This document shows positions 13,401-28,250 of a stretch of 64,000 bases of DNA, in pieces (position 1 is the stretch's first letter; each line of letters begins with the position of its first letter). The notes beneath the pieces were generated by a model, which made no database searches, was not told the DNA's origin, and worked only from the letters and a program-made list of their open reading frames with translations. The position numbers and the translations under genes are program-made. Source of the DNA: Selaginella moellendorffii (taxonomy: Eukaryota; Plantae; Lycopodiophyta). The stretch lies in assembly GCF_000143415.4 (NCBI RefSeq), contig NW_003314295.1:1356646-1420645 (forward strand), in the 5' to 3' direction.

Positions 13401-14656
13401 AGAACGAACTGCGTTAACCTCTTCTTCCATTTGGTCACATGTGAAATCTTTGTCAGTAGAAGGCTCATTTGCAGCGTCCAGCAAATCTCCAGTGTCCTGA
13501 GTTTTCTGGTCTTCGTTGTTCTCAGGAAGGCCTGACAGGTTAACTGCTAACATAGAAGAGTATCTGAATAAAATGTGCAATCAGCGAACTTAGAAGCACA
13601 AGGGCACGATTGAGCGTACCTTTCCGTTTGCCCAAGTAAGAAATTTAAATGCTTGTCCAGGGCTTTCTTCTTCTTCTGTTCAACAGCAAGTTGATGCTTG
13701 TAGACGACCTGGACGACAATACGTCATAAGAGAGCATTTAGAAAATTATCTTACCAGCTTTTCGATCTTCACCCAGAACTTCTTAACTTCTTTCGCTATG
13801 CTGCTCGCGATTCTTCGGATACGCTGCTCTTCACCCTACAGTTTCCAGCCTTAAGACAACGGCAGCACAGAGCGCAAAGCAAACCTTGAGCCGACGCATG
13901 CCTTTGCTTTCCTCTTCCGATTTCGCCTTTGCAACTTTCATGGCAACTCTCTTTGCTTGAGCCACCTTCCATTTCCTCTCCTTATCAAAGTCCTACACTC
14001 AAAACATTCGTCTTAATAGCTCTATGGAGAAGACGATGACATACCTTGGAAAGCCAGACCATCTCCTCAAGAACGTAGTCCCAGTGACTCTTCGCATGCG
14101 TGGGCTCTTTCCACTTCGATGGTGCTCTTCGCTTCACTTGCTCGAGAGCCTAAGAATGAAAGAAGAAGAAATCGAGCAAGTAAGCAATGCACTGGACACT
14201 CCATGCAAATACCGATGCATGTACCTCTTGCCTTGTCCAAATCTCCTCAGCTCGGCTTAAAACCGAGTCCTCGTACGCGAGCTCCTCTTCCTCATTTAAA
14301 AACCTCACGGAATCCTTTTGAGGCGTTTCATCCAAGACCTTTGCCTCTGTCGCCACAACGCATAGCTCCTGCGTCTTCCCAGCGTCCGATTGGAGCGGCT
14401 CCAATTTCGACGGAGTGACAGCCCCCTTTCCTGCATTTAGCTTGGATTCCTCGCTCGCGAGACCGAGCTTAGAATCACCTGGAGCCTTCTCCTGCCCTAC
14501 ACTGTCCTCGACGAGCCTTTTATCACCTGGGAGCTTCCCATTTGACCTCGCATCGTCGGCCCCTGGACTGGACACCTCTTCTTTGGCCGATTTGGAGCGA
14601 TTCCGGCGGCCATAGCACCTTAGCTGTGGCTTGGCAGCCGCGCCTCCAGCTTCCAT
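7471..14656 (-). CDS. PIE1: SWR1-type SNF2 chromatin-remodelling ATPase (PIE1-like), multi-exon
   Basis: HSA region (HWDYVLEEMVWLSK...ERKWK), SNF2 motifs LADEMGLGKT, LILDEAH, split ATPase with long insertion, QAQDRCHRIGQ, C-terminal SANT (WMPEEDEVLCAVVHEYGGNW). Confidence 0.95.
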
Positions 14657-15072
14657 CTAAGAATGTAAATCCCTACTCTTGTCAGCTTCATCCAGCCGCC
14701 GCCCCTAGCGTCGCGCGCCCTGCCGCCTCCAGAAAGAACATCCACAAACCCCCTCCCGCTATCCCCCGGCTTAGGGCTTCCCCCAGCGAAGGCACAACAA
14801 AGGATGTTTATCAGTTTTAGTTTTTTCCAGCGTTCATGGTTGGGGAAGAAGAAAGACCTTTTCGGACGGCAAATCTGGCCATGGCCCAATCTACCGAGTA
14901 CGAAACTGGAACAATCGCGTCCGTTGGCATGCCGACGGTCCAGATCATCTCATTTCTTGCAAGGTTTTAGGTCTAATAATGTGAGTATTGATCGATTCGT
15001 ACTAACGACAAATTCGAAAATGCCACCGGGTATTATGATCATAGCTTAGGGCAGGCAGATTATCAGAGAGCT

Positions 15073-18000
15073 ATGGCTCTTGGCATTCTCGCGGCGCTGC
15101 TGTGCTTGCTCGCCGGCGCTAGGGCATCGCCGATCGACGAGGACGCATGGCGCGAGCTGCGATCGACGATGCCTCCGGCTCGCGATCAGCTCCGAGCAGC
15201 GGCGAGCGTCTTGCGGAGATTAATCCCTGGCCATGTCTCGGCATTCCAGCTCCAGATCATAACACTGGTAAGCAAACAAGGGTCTTCTGTCAATGCTGGT
15301 AAATCAAATTGATTGATTGATTCCAGGAAGATTGCGGTGGTAAATCCTGCTTCCAATTGAGCTCTTTAATGGATGAAGGTTCGAGAAAAATAAGGTACGC
15401 TTCTGAATCAATCGAATTTTTCCCCTAGCTGAGTCCCATTTACATAGTATCCATGGAACGTCAGGGGTTGAGCTTTGTGCTGGCTTGTATTGGTATTTAA
15501 AAAACTGGTGTGGAGCTCATATTTCCTGGGACTTAACTGGGGGCTCTCAGTTAGATACCATTCCAGAGCCTCAAGCACTGCCTGCCTTGCCTCCTGGTGG
15601 TGTCAAAATCCAGCGTTCAGTACCTTGGAGTTACTACCAAAATGTGGTGACCTCTAGCTGTATGTGCTTGTAAAGCTATGGTTTTACGTGAACTTAACCG
15701 ATTCTTCATGGTTTTTTGTGTAGATTCGTATGCATGGTGGAACTGGAAAAGGTGGAGGAAAGAGATAGACTGGATGGCCTTGCAGGGAATCAACTTACCT
15801 CTTGCATTCACCGGCCAGGAAACTATATGGCAAAAAGTTTTCGAGGTTTGGCAGTGTATGGGAGTTCTGTGTGTGCTTATATTTTCGTTGCTGACAGAGT
15901 AAATTTAACATGACAAAACACGAGCTTGACGACTACTTTGGAGGACCATCCTTCCTTGCGTGGGCACGTATGGGAAATTTGCACGGGTAAGGAGAACGAC
16001 GTTTAGCTAACCATCTGTCAACTCTAAATTCTTGTGTAGTTGGGGAGGGCCTCTGCCAGAGAAGTGGCTGGAACTGCAACTAATCTTGCAAAAGAAAATT
16101 CTACATCATATGCGCAGCCTTGGCATGATTGCTGGTAATCTTGTACAAAATTGATCGTTTCTTCACAGACGATGAATTTGTGCAGTGCTACCGGCGTTTT
16201 CTGGCAATGTTCCTCGAGCATTGAAAATTCTATATCCGTCTGCCAATATCACACGTTTGCCAGATTGGTAAGGCCTTCGGTTTTCTTTACTTCATTTCTG
16301 TGTTTTAGGAACACTGTAGATGGAAATCCGCAATGGTGTTGTACATACCTTCTTCAACCCATGGACCCGTTGTTTATCCAGATTGGGAAAGCATTTATCG
16401 AACAGCAAGTAAAAGGTTTTAGTTATCAGTGCTGTTTCTGGATTCAAGTGACCGTGATACTTGTTGCTGCAGAATACGGATCTACACAACACGTTTACAA
16501 CTGGTTAGAATGATGTCTCTGACTCTATTCAATTCTTGTTTCCTTTAACAGCGACACATTCAATGAGAATCTTCCTCCAACCGATGATCCAAGCTACATA
16601 TCTGCACTTGCAGCGTCTGTTTATGGAGCCATGATTGTGGCTGACAAGCAAGCTATCTGGCTTATGCAGGTAACGTACTATGTTGTTGAGGCTCTCGGGT
16701 ACTATCATACCTGTTACAGGGCTGGCTTTTCTCATCGGATGCTCAGTTTTGGAAGCCTCCTCAAATGAAGGTATCCTCTCGTGCATACTGGGCCGCATTC
16801 TTATCAATCTGATTTGGTCGCTAGGCTCTTTTGCACGCGGTACCATTTGGAAAAATGATAGTTCTCGATCTCTTTGCAGAAGTGAGGCCTATATGGTCGA
16901 AGTCATCTCATTTTTATGGTGTTCCCTACATCTGGTAAGTTTCTGAATTTCTCTCTCTGTTTGGTGCGGTATAAGCGACTTCTCTGCTCCAGGTGTATGT
17001 TGCATAATTTTGGTGGAAATCACGAAATGTATGGGAGGCTTGATGTAGTCTCTTCAGGTCCAGTTGATGCTAAAACTAGTGCAAACTCTACTATGGTATC
17101 GATACGTTTTTCTATTTCCGAAAGCAATTAGCAAGGGGGTTGTTTCTAGATTGGCGTTGGAATGTGCATGGAAGGCATCGAACAAAACCCAGTCGTCTAC
17201 GAACTTATGGCTGAAATGGCATTCCGCTCAACTAGAAACGCTCTGAAGGTAATTTTAACAGTTTGATGCCGTTGCATGACTAACCAACTTTGGAGTGCTG
17301 GTAGGATTGGGTGGACGATTATTCTACAAGGCGCTATGGTAAAGCCGTCCCAGAAGCATTGGAAGCGTGGCAAATTTTATCACATACGTTATACAATTGC
17401 TCCGACGGCTTACAGGACCACAACACAGATGTAATTGTGAAATTCCCAGATTTAAACGCTTCTTCACTGACCACATTATCGAGATACTTGGCAGAAGAAG
17501 GTGGCACCCAGACTCGACGACTTTTAACCGAAGGGCTGACCTCGTTTGGTCACTTATGGTATCGTCCTACTGAAGCAAAGGTGGCTCTATCTTACATGCT
17601 GAATGCATCTTCTAGTCTCAGCAACGTCGCGACTTACAGGTCTCTCGAGTTTTTCTTTGTTTTACTTTTCTGTTTTTGTTTGTTGAAAATTCGCTTATCA
17701 AAACTTTTCAGGTACGATCTGGTGGATCTTACTCGACAGGTTCTGATGAAGCTTGCCAACCAGATCCACCTGCAAGCACTGGTTTCATTTGTCAAAGGCG
17801 ATCTGGAAGAACTTACAAAGAATTGCGACATCCTGATCGGAATTATCAAGGACTCGGAGCTACTGTTACGCTCGAACAACGGGTTTCTCTTGGGTCCATG
17901 GCTGGAGAGTGCCAAAAAACTGGGAACAAACTCCGACGAGACAAATTTGGTAAGCTTGTCGCCGTTTTAAATCATTCCTAAACTTCCTTTTTCCAGTATG

Positions 18001-18390
18001 AATGGAATGCCAGGACGCAAGTTACTATGTGGTTTGACAATACGAGAACCTTGCCGAGTGCTCTCCATGATTATGGTATGTTTCCAGTGCTCGTCTTTAC
18101 ATTTGTTTTCGCCTGATAGTCTCTTCCTCTGTGCTGTGGCAGCGAATAAAATGTGGAGTGGCCTCTTCGAGGACTACTATCTTCCACGCGCGTCGCTGTA
18201 CACGAAGCTCCTAGTAAAGGCCCTCCACGACAAGGAGCCATTCCCATACGACTCTTGGCGATCTTCATGGATTCTGCTGACCAACACTTTCCAGAACGGC
18301 ACGAAAAACTATCCACTGGAGGCGGCCGGTGACTCCATCGAAATCGCGAAGTCACTGTTCAGCAAATACGACTCTCTCGTCCACGACTAG
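15073..18390 (+). CDS. NAGLU: Alpha-N-acetylglucosaminidase (GH89, NAGLU/CYL1-like), multi-exon
   Basis: Signal peptide; [66 protein letters not shown]. Confidence 0.93.
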
Positions 18391-19351
18391 CCGGGAAGAC
18401 GTACGCAAAAATAAAAAATAAAAAATGGAGGCTAGACTTTTTTAACTGGACATTTTTTCTTCGCAGCATCTTCTCGGAGAGAGGTTGATCCATCTGGGGA
18501 AGGATTGATTAAGTTCATCCATACTATACTAAGCTCGCAAGGAAAAGAAATCTTAGCCGCGATCTATCAAACTGGGAGATCGATCCACTCCACGCCATTA
18601 AGATATTTTCTCATTCATGTAAGATAAAGATGAGATAAATCACGGGGGGGGAGAAAAATTCCACCCATCTCTACCCGTCAAACCCGTCAACAACTCTAGG
18701 CATTCCCAAGTATTCCAATGGCCGCCCGACCGCAGTAAAAGCCCGCTATAGAGCGGGCGGGCGGCAAATGTAGGCGGTAAAACCACGCGGCACTATCTCG
18801 CACGTCGGATCCCCGACACCAACGGTGAGTGGATATAACCATGCTCTTTTTACCGGGTGGCCAAATGGGACTTTCAGTTGGCCTTGTGTGTGTATAGTGT
18901 GGCCCGTGTATTCTTTTTTGCCTCTTTTTTTTCTCCGCCCCACCATTCCTTCTCTGTCTGGTTGCTGTTTGTTGTGTCTGGAGAGTATGCTCTCTTCTCT
19001 ATTGGCAGGCTTAACGGAGTTCTTTCGTTAATAGCCCATTCTCCCTCTCTCTCCTCTCTTTCTTTTTTCTCTCTCGATCGATACCATCGCCCTGTCGCCC
19101 TAGGTACCGCATTGGAGGCGCCGCTCGCTCGATCTCTCTTTCTCTTCCTCCTCGACCGCAGGGCGCCGTGCCGCTATGATCTGGGCGTGATCCCACGCCG
19201 TGCCGTGCCGCTGCATGCAAATCGCAATGCGATCTTGATCCCTATTTCCCGGTCGCATCGGTAGATCCAGTCTCACTTCAGGAGGAGTAGCGGCAGGGCG
19301 CGCAGGGATTGGTCTTGATCCCGGGCGGGGGAGGGGCAGGGATCATCACTT

Positions 19352-21726
<2,375 letters not shown>

Positions 21727-22149
21727 GAAGTTCCAAAGCTATATGATAAAAGGTGGGACACCAGGAATAAGCTATGGTGATTTTTACAATAATAAGAGAG
21801 ATCCGAAGGATATGGCGGCACGTCCATGGTTTTCTGGGATGTTTGTCAAGAAGAAAATTGGAGAAATAAAGGTATAATCATAGAAATGATTTTCCTTTTC
21901 ATTATTATTATCTCATCGAACGTTTAAGATGTTACTCCCAAGTTGGAATTACTGGTAAACTCTTTACTTGGAATTCCTCCAACGTTCTGGGAAGAACACG
22001 CTAACTTCCAAAGTTCTCGGAAGAACTTCGAGAGCTTAATATCACCAAGTTCTTCCGCTGGACAAGCATTTCTGGATTCTACTTATTGGAGGCATGGACA
22101 CCAACAAAATCTTTGAAAGCTTGAGCTTGTTCTTCGATCACGTTGCTCG

Positions 22150-23207
22150 TCAAGAAAAACTAGAACAGTCATTTTCCACTTTCTCCAAGGTTGATTGAGT
22201 TACCTTCTTGGCCAGGAGAATGAGATGCGGAGCCAGCGGTCTGTGGAGCTGCTCTAAATGTGTGCAAATCCATTCGGAGGGTGGCAGCAGAGAGGCGAAT
22301 TCTTTCACAGCTTCATACTCTTCCCTGTGTGCCTATTGTCAGAACTTGCAACCAAAGAAAAACTTGACTCACTGGCCTCCGGGATGCCCAACGTAGCATA
22401 TCACGCTCACGAGCCCTCCTGGCTGGAGCAAATCGAGCGAGCAGTGGAGCGATTGGATCGTGGTTGGAGCACGAGTGATGAGCTCCTTGTCCCCGTGTGG
22501 AAGGTATCCAAGGTTGTAGACTACAAGCCTGAGGTGGTGGACGAGGCCCTGGAGCCAAGAGCTTGAGTTTTAGTGTTCCAGAGAGAAAGAGAGAAGAGCA
22601 CGCTACCTCGCTCGAACATCCTTTAGAACTTCGCCCATCTTGCTGTGGCAGTGATGGAAGAGCTCAACTCGGTTTCTCTGAGAGTAAGATCCAATGAGAA
22701 GGAAAGAAAAGATGAAGATGGAATCATGGTTGGCTTACTTGCTCGGGAGTTAGATGCTGCTCGAGTAGAAGAGAAGTTCTCTCCAACGCCTCCTTTTGGA
22801 TGTCGAATCCATAGACTCGCCCGAGAAGAGAGCCCGGGGACACCAGTCGAGCCAAGAGCAGCGTATCGATTCCATTCCCACACGTCGCATCCACCACAGT
22901 GTCGCCAGGCCTCACGATTCCCTTCCAAACGCTGCGAGCAAGCACGAATCCAGACGAAATTCTCAAGGAAATCAACTCACGCGCTGGCAATGCTTGTCGC
23001 CTTAGCACCGCCGAGAAGAAGCTGAGCTGTGGAAGTCTCATCGCTGGAAATCCGGCTCGTTGAATCGGCTGTAAGGAAATCCCCAGCCTTAGCACCTCGC
23101 TCGAATCGATTCAGCGAGAGAATACCTGAGATCTGTGCGCGCAGGAGCGTCGCTGGCCGGATCGAGCACCGGATTGCCGGGAATGGCCGGATAGGAAAAT
23201 GCGTCAT
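22150..23207 (-). CDS. SAM-dependent putative rRNA methylase (YtqB-like), organellar presequence
   Basis: Spliced KATSIASA|VWKGIVRPGDTVVDATCGNGIDT, VYNLGYLPHGDK, YVGHPGG, EEYEAV. The 3' end is uncertain. Confidence 0.85.
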
Positions 23208-23213
23208 GCCTTA

Positions 23214-23229
23214 AACCCTAATTAGGGTT
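23214..23229. promoter_or_regulatory. Palindromic double telo-box (AACCCTAA-TTAGGGTT) between divergent genes
   Basis: Perfect 16-bp palindrome aaccctaattagggtt in the 29-bp gap between two divergent ATGs. Confidence 0.65.
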
Positions 23230-23236
23230 CTTGCCA

Positions 23237-24360
23237 ATGGAAGAGGAGGGCGCCAAGCGCGAGAGGGACGGCGCTGCGCAGGACGGTAACGATGCGAAGA
23301 AGGCCAAGCTGGATGACGCATCGATCTCGGCGGCGACTCCAGCAGATGCAGAGAAGCAGAGCGGCGGAGATGTGGAGATGAAGGCGGCGGAGGCGGCGCC
23401 GCCGATTGCCGTTGAGGAAAAGGAAGGGAAGGAGGAGAAGAAAGAGGAGGAAGAGAAGGAGGAGGAGAAGGAAGCGAATGAAGAAGAGAAGAAAGAGGAG
23501 GAAGAGAAGAAGGAAGTGAAGCTTGGTCCCATGACCTTCTCGTCCGGGAAGGAGATGTTCATGTACTTCTACGAGCTCCTCCACGGCTGGGCTGCCGACT
23601 ATGACATGAATGAGGTAAGTCCTCTTTCCATTTCTCTTGTCTTTCGATTTGAGCTTGCGAATGGAAGATTGTGGGATGGATGCTTTCGCTTTGTTTTCTC
23701 TTCGTTAAGTTTTCGAGCTCTTGCTCTTGTTCTCTTGTTTCTTCCTTTTCGTCTGCTTGCTTGCGTCTTTGATGATAGCGCACGAGATGAGCCGTGCAGG
23801 AAACTGCGCACTGAGGTACTCTCGTGTACCCAGCCTGCATTGGCGAGGTTTAATGTGCCAACATGCTAATCTGAGACGTCATGGATTCATACTCTTCTTC
23901 GATCGAATGCTTCATCTTTGCGATGATTGTTTCCATCCTCCCAAGTAGCGATCCTCGGAACTAACCTTCGTGATCTCTTCTTTCCTTCCAGTACGAGCAT
24001 ATGGTTTTGCTCGACTTGCTCAACAAAGGCCACAACGATCCCGAGGCGAAGATGGGCCCGGGAGGAGCCAAGGCCTTCCAGATCCGCGTCCACCCCGTGT
24101 GGCGATCGCGCTGCTACTACCTCGTCCGGGCCGACGGCACCGCCGTGGACTTCAGCTATCGCAAGTGCGTCGACAAGCTCATGCCGCTCCCTCAAGAGAT
24201 TTTCAACTCCTCCGGTGGCCTCAATCTGAATTCACTCCATGGAGATGGCCGAGGTGGCGGCGGCGGCAGAGGAAGAGGCAGGCACGGCGGCGGTGGTGGC
24301 GGCCGCGGTCGTGGATTTCGCGGAAGAGGTCGAGGGCGAGGGAGATCTCGCGGGTACTGA
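23237..24360 (+). CDS. DUF3223 (DCL/DOMINO1/EMB514-like) protein with acidic N-terminus and RGG tail, 2 exons
   Basis: VKLGPMTFSSGKEMFMYF...NE|YEHMVLLDLLNKGH...KMGPG...HPVWRSRCYYLVRADGTAVDFSYRKCV, followed by GRG repeats. Confidence 0.9.
23764..23878 (+). ncRNA. Candidate intronic box C/D snoRNA
   Basis: Terminal stem CGTC/GACG, box C (T)TGATGA at 23770-23775, box D CTGA at 23871-23874, inside an unusually long intron. Confidence 0.7.
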
Positions 24361-24449
24361 GCCAAGTTTTGTAGGTTTTCCCAATTTAAAAGTTTTAGTA
24401 TTTCGGTTATTCCACTTTCTTAAAAGCATATTCGTATTTTAAAAGAATA

Positions 24450-27400
24450 TTCTGCCTACTAGTGTAAACACAATTAAAATGCTAAACCATGGTTAGAGAA
24501 AGTTTAAAAGTGACCATTAGATTGAGGATCAACCTGGTTCTTCAAAATGGAATACGTAAAAATTAATCAACTTTTTTCAACCCTTTGGGCAATAAAATAT
24601 TAATACTGTGAGGTGCCATACACTCACAATGCTAATATCATAAAATATAATAAATTTTAGCTTCTAAGAATAAAATTAAAAGTGATTATTAGTTATAAAT
24701 TTTTATACCTTTACTTAAAAAGGTTAAGATAACTTTTTCTATTTCTATTTTCTTACATTTACATGTAAAGCAAGGAGATCCCTATTGTTTTAGAGATTCT
24801 CAAGATTAACATGGACAAACCAATTTAAATTTAAATTTGGAGAAAGCACAAGCTTGTGTACCTACTTTATGTTAGGACAAAATATAACTAACTTCTCATT
24901 TGGCCCTTTCCTAAATAAACTCACTTCCTTGGAAGCCTCACTTGACAATAGTATCTAGAATTGTTTCACCTCTTTTATATCAATTTTGTTTTGTTAGCAT
25001 TTATTGTCCCAAAGACTCCCAACATCATCAACTTAGAAAATCTTATTCAAAAAATTTCATAAAGTTGAACTCTTAGAAAGAACATAAATTTGTATACTTA
25101 TTATGTCTCAACACTAAATATGATTTGCTCTCTCATTCACCTTTTCTTACATATAACTATAAACAATTATAATCTTTTACAAATTGCTTAACTATATCAA
25201 TTTCCACAGTAATGCTATTACAACTCCCTTTTTTTATAGTCAATACTTAAAATAATGATTTTGTATTAAAATTAGATAATAAAATTCAGAGCTTTATTCG
25301 AAAAAGACTTTATAATGCTCGGTTTTCATACAAAAATACATTTGTTACACTAAATTTTAAACAACAAAATACAAAAATGGAAACAAATATCATAACTATA
25401 GAACCCCATGTATTTGTTTTTAGGAGAAAATATCTTTGTATAATAAATTTTTTGGATGTAATACTGAACACTAAAGCTAAAACAAATAGTTCTAAAAGGG
25501 TTTAAATCAAAAGATAAAAATTCATGACTACACAAACAAACATACAAGAAAATACATAAATTATCAACAAACTTTATAAGCATTTTGGTACTTTCTTAAG
25601 GTTTTTTAATCACATGGGAAAATAGAAAAAATAAACTTTGAGAAGGTCAATATGGTATTAAATATTGCAGCTATATAAAGTAAAAATTTTCATTTAAAAA
25701 TTACTCTATAATGTTTATTTTTTATTTAAAAAATGCATTGTTTAAATTAAATCTCAAATAATAAAATATAAAAGTGTGAGAAAATATCACAACTATAGAA
25801 CCTTTTATTTGTTTTTCAAAAGGACATAGCTTTGTATAATAAATGTTTTAAATGCGATTGAAACCTAAAATAAATGGTGGTTAATACATTTTTTGGAAGG
25901 CTTCAAATTAAGGGTAAAAGTTTATGATTATACAAAAAACCTTACAAAAAATTACATATAGTATCAACAAATTTCATTAGGATTTTGTCAATTTCTTTAG
26001 CTTTTATAATCATATAGAAAAAAGGGAAGAAAATTTGAAGAAGGTCAATATGTTCTTAAATAGTGTAACTATTGAGTTTGAAAAGACAAAAAAATCTAAG
26101 ATATTAAGCAAAAGTTTTAACAATAAATCTTTAAAATCAAATCTTTCTGTATTCAAAATATTCATGTCATAGTTATTTATAAGTATCATTTGAGTTATAA
26201 AGTTAAAAGTTTCATTAAAAGTTATTTTAGGTATGATAATAAGATTTTTGTTTAATCATTATATAAATTTAAAGAGCCATTCTCCAAAAATAGCTTTTTC
26301 TCAATTCATTTTCAATGTTAAACTTTTATTTAAAAGGATTTTCTGTTTCATTTTTTTATTTGACTAAATATCTGAAAACAAAGATGAATTTTATTTTGCA
26401 ACAAAATAAAATAACTTAAGAAAATTAAATATTTAAATAAGAAACTTCACATTTTTTAATTATTTTTTAATTTGTTTTTATACTATTTTAGGAAATGCTG
26501 CAAAAATATTAATACTTTAAAAATGGTAATTTTCCATCAGCAATGTATTGTATAAGGTTTCATTGTTATACTATAATTGGAATCATGCTTATAAATAAGC
26601 ATCATATAAAAATTTAATCAAATTTTAGATTTTGCTACTAGTATTATTAAGGTTTCTACATTTCTTTATTTGACCAAATATATAGAAAAATAAAGAATTT
26701 CATCATGCAAAAATATTTTTAAAAATTAATAATTTAAATATTTTATTCTTCAGAGTGTTCTTCAGATTTGTTCACGACCTTGCATAAGACACTAATACTT
26801 TATAAATGATAGTTTTTTATAGTTAATTGCTTGTATAAGATTTCATTGTTACATTATAGTTAGATTTATACTTATAAATAAGTATCATATAAATATTGAA
26901 ATTAAATTTTAATATTTTCTACTAGTAGTAACACTTTTAACCACTTATTTTAATCATTGTACATGTTTATAAAACTTTTATCCACAATGGCTTTTAGTTT
27001 TTTCAATCCAATTTCAATATTAGAATTTTATTTAAAATGTTTTTTACTACAATTGTTTTTTTTACCAAACATTTTTAAAAATTATATTGTAATGCATAAA
27101 TAGGAAAGAAAATTTTAGAAATATAAGTTCCTTTAATACTATTTTTGTACCTATCACAAAAACACTTTTTATTTTGTTAATGACAATTTTAAATTCACTT
27201 GTGAAACTTTTGTTATTATCTTCCAAGAAAAATTTAACATTTTGTATGAATTACAATTTCATAGAGTAGTTTGTCATTAAAGATTAATCATTGCTAGTGG
27301 CTTGAGAGCGTAAAAATTTATCATTACAGTATAGTTTGAATCATATTTATAAATAACTATTAAATGAACATTTTTAATATAGAGAGTTTTGATTTTAAAA

Positions 27401-28250
27401 GTATATTGTTAAATATATTGTTTACTATTTTTGGTTCATTGTTTTTATTTGAAATTTTTTATCTTTAATATTTAATAATATATTTACATTCCCCAATTTT
27501 CTCTCTTTCTTTTCACATGATTAGAAAACATTGAAAAAGTAATAATATCCTATAAAATTTTGTTAATAAGCTATATCCTTCATTGTAGTTTTTTTTTTAA
27601 TAGTCATGAACTTTCGTACTTTAATTTAAAGTCTTTGACAAATTGCATTAGCCATCACCTCTTTTAGCTTTTAATGCATAAGCTTCAATGTTACATATAA
27701 AATATTTGTTATATAAAAGCATTTTTTCATTCAGTTATAAGTAAATATAAGAGTTTTCATAGTTGTTAACTTTGGGTTTATTCTTACATTTTGCTATGTG
27801 AGATTTACTTTTTTTATGTGAATATTGAATTCTCCTATAAAAATAAAGCATTATCAATCACTTTAGAATGAAACTCTTAGCTTTAGTGATTAACTCTAAT
27901 ACAAAACTATTGTTATAGTAACATTTACAAAAAAATTGAGTCAACAACTATAGATTTCATGTTATAAATATTGGTTACTCTTTTAAACTTATTGAGATCA
28001 ATATCTAAAGAAGCAAAAAAAATGTTTCTTTGTTGTGGCAGTCATTGATCTTAGTTTCTGCTACCAACACCAACTCTAGCAACAAGGATGTTATAAATCC
28101 AAATGTCCAGGAAGTCCACCATCTGGAGCAACTTGAGAGTAACTGATATTTATAATAAGCAACTTGAGAGTAACTGATATTTATAATGTGTAAACTACTT
28201 CTCAAACCGGTTTAAGATTTAGGGCTAACTTTACCTTTATAAAATACTTA
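24450..28250. mobile_element. AT-rich non-coding block with degenerate direct and inverted sub-repeats (probable non-autonomous TE relic)
   Basis: About 25385-25675 resembles about 25780-26070, with an inverted copy at about 27465-27660. A second sub-repeat family lies at about 26550-26650, 26830-26930 and 27310-27365. Confidence 0.5.
28127..28187. repeat. Tandem 31-bp duplication
   Basis: agcaacttgagagtaactgatatttataat x2. Confidence 0.9.
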
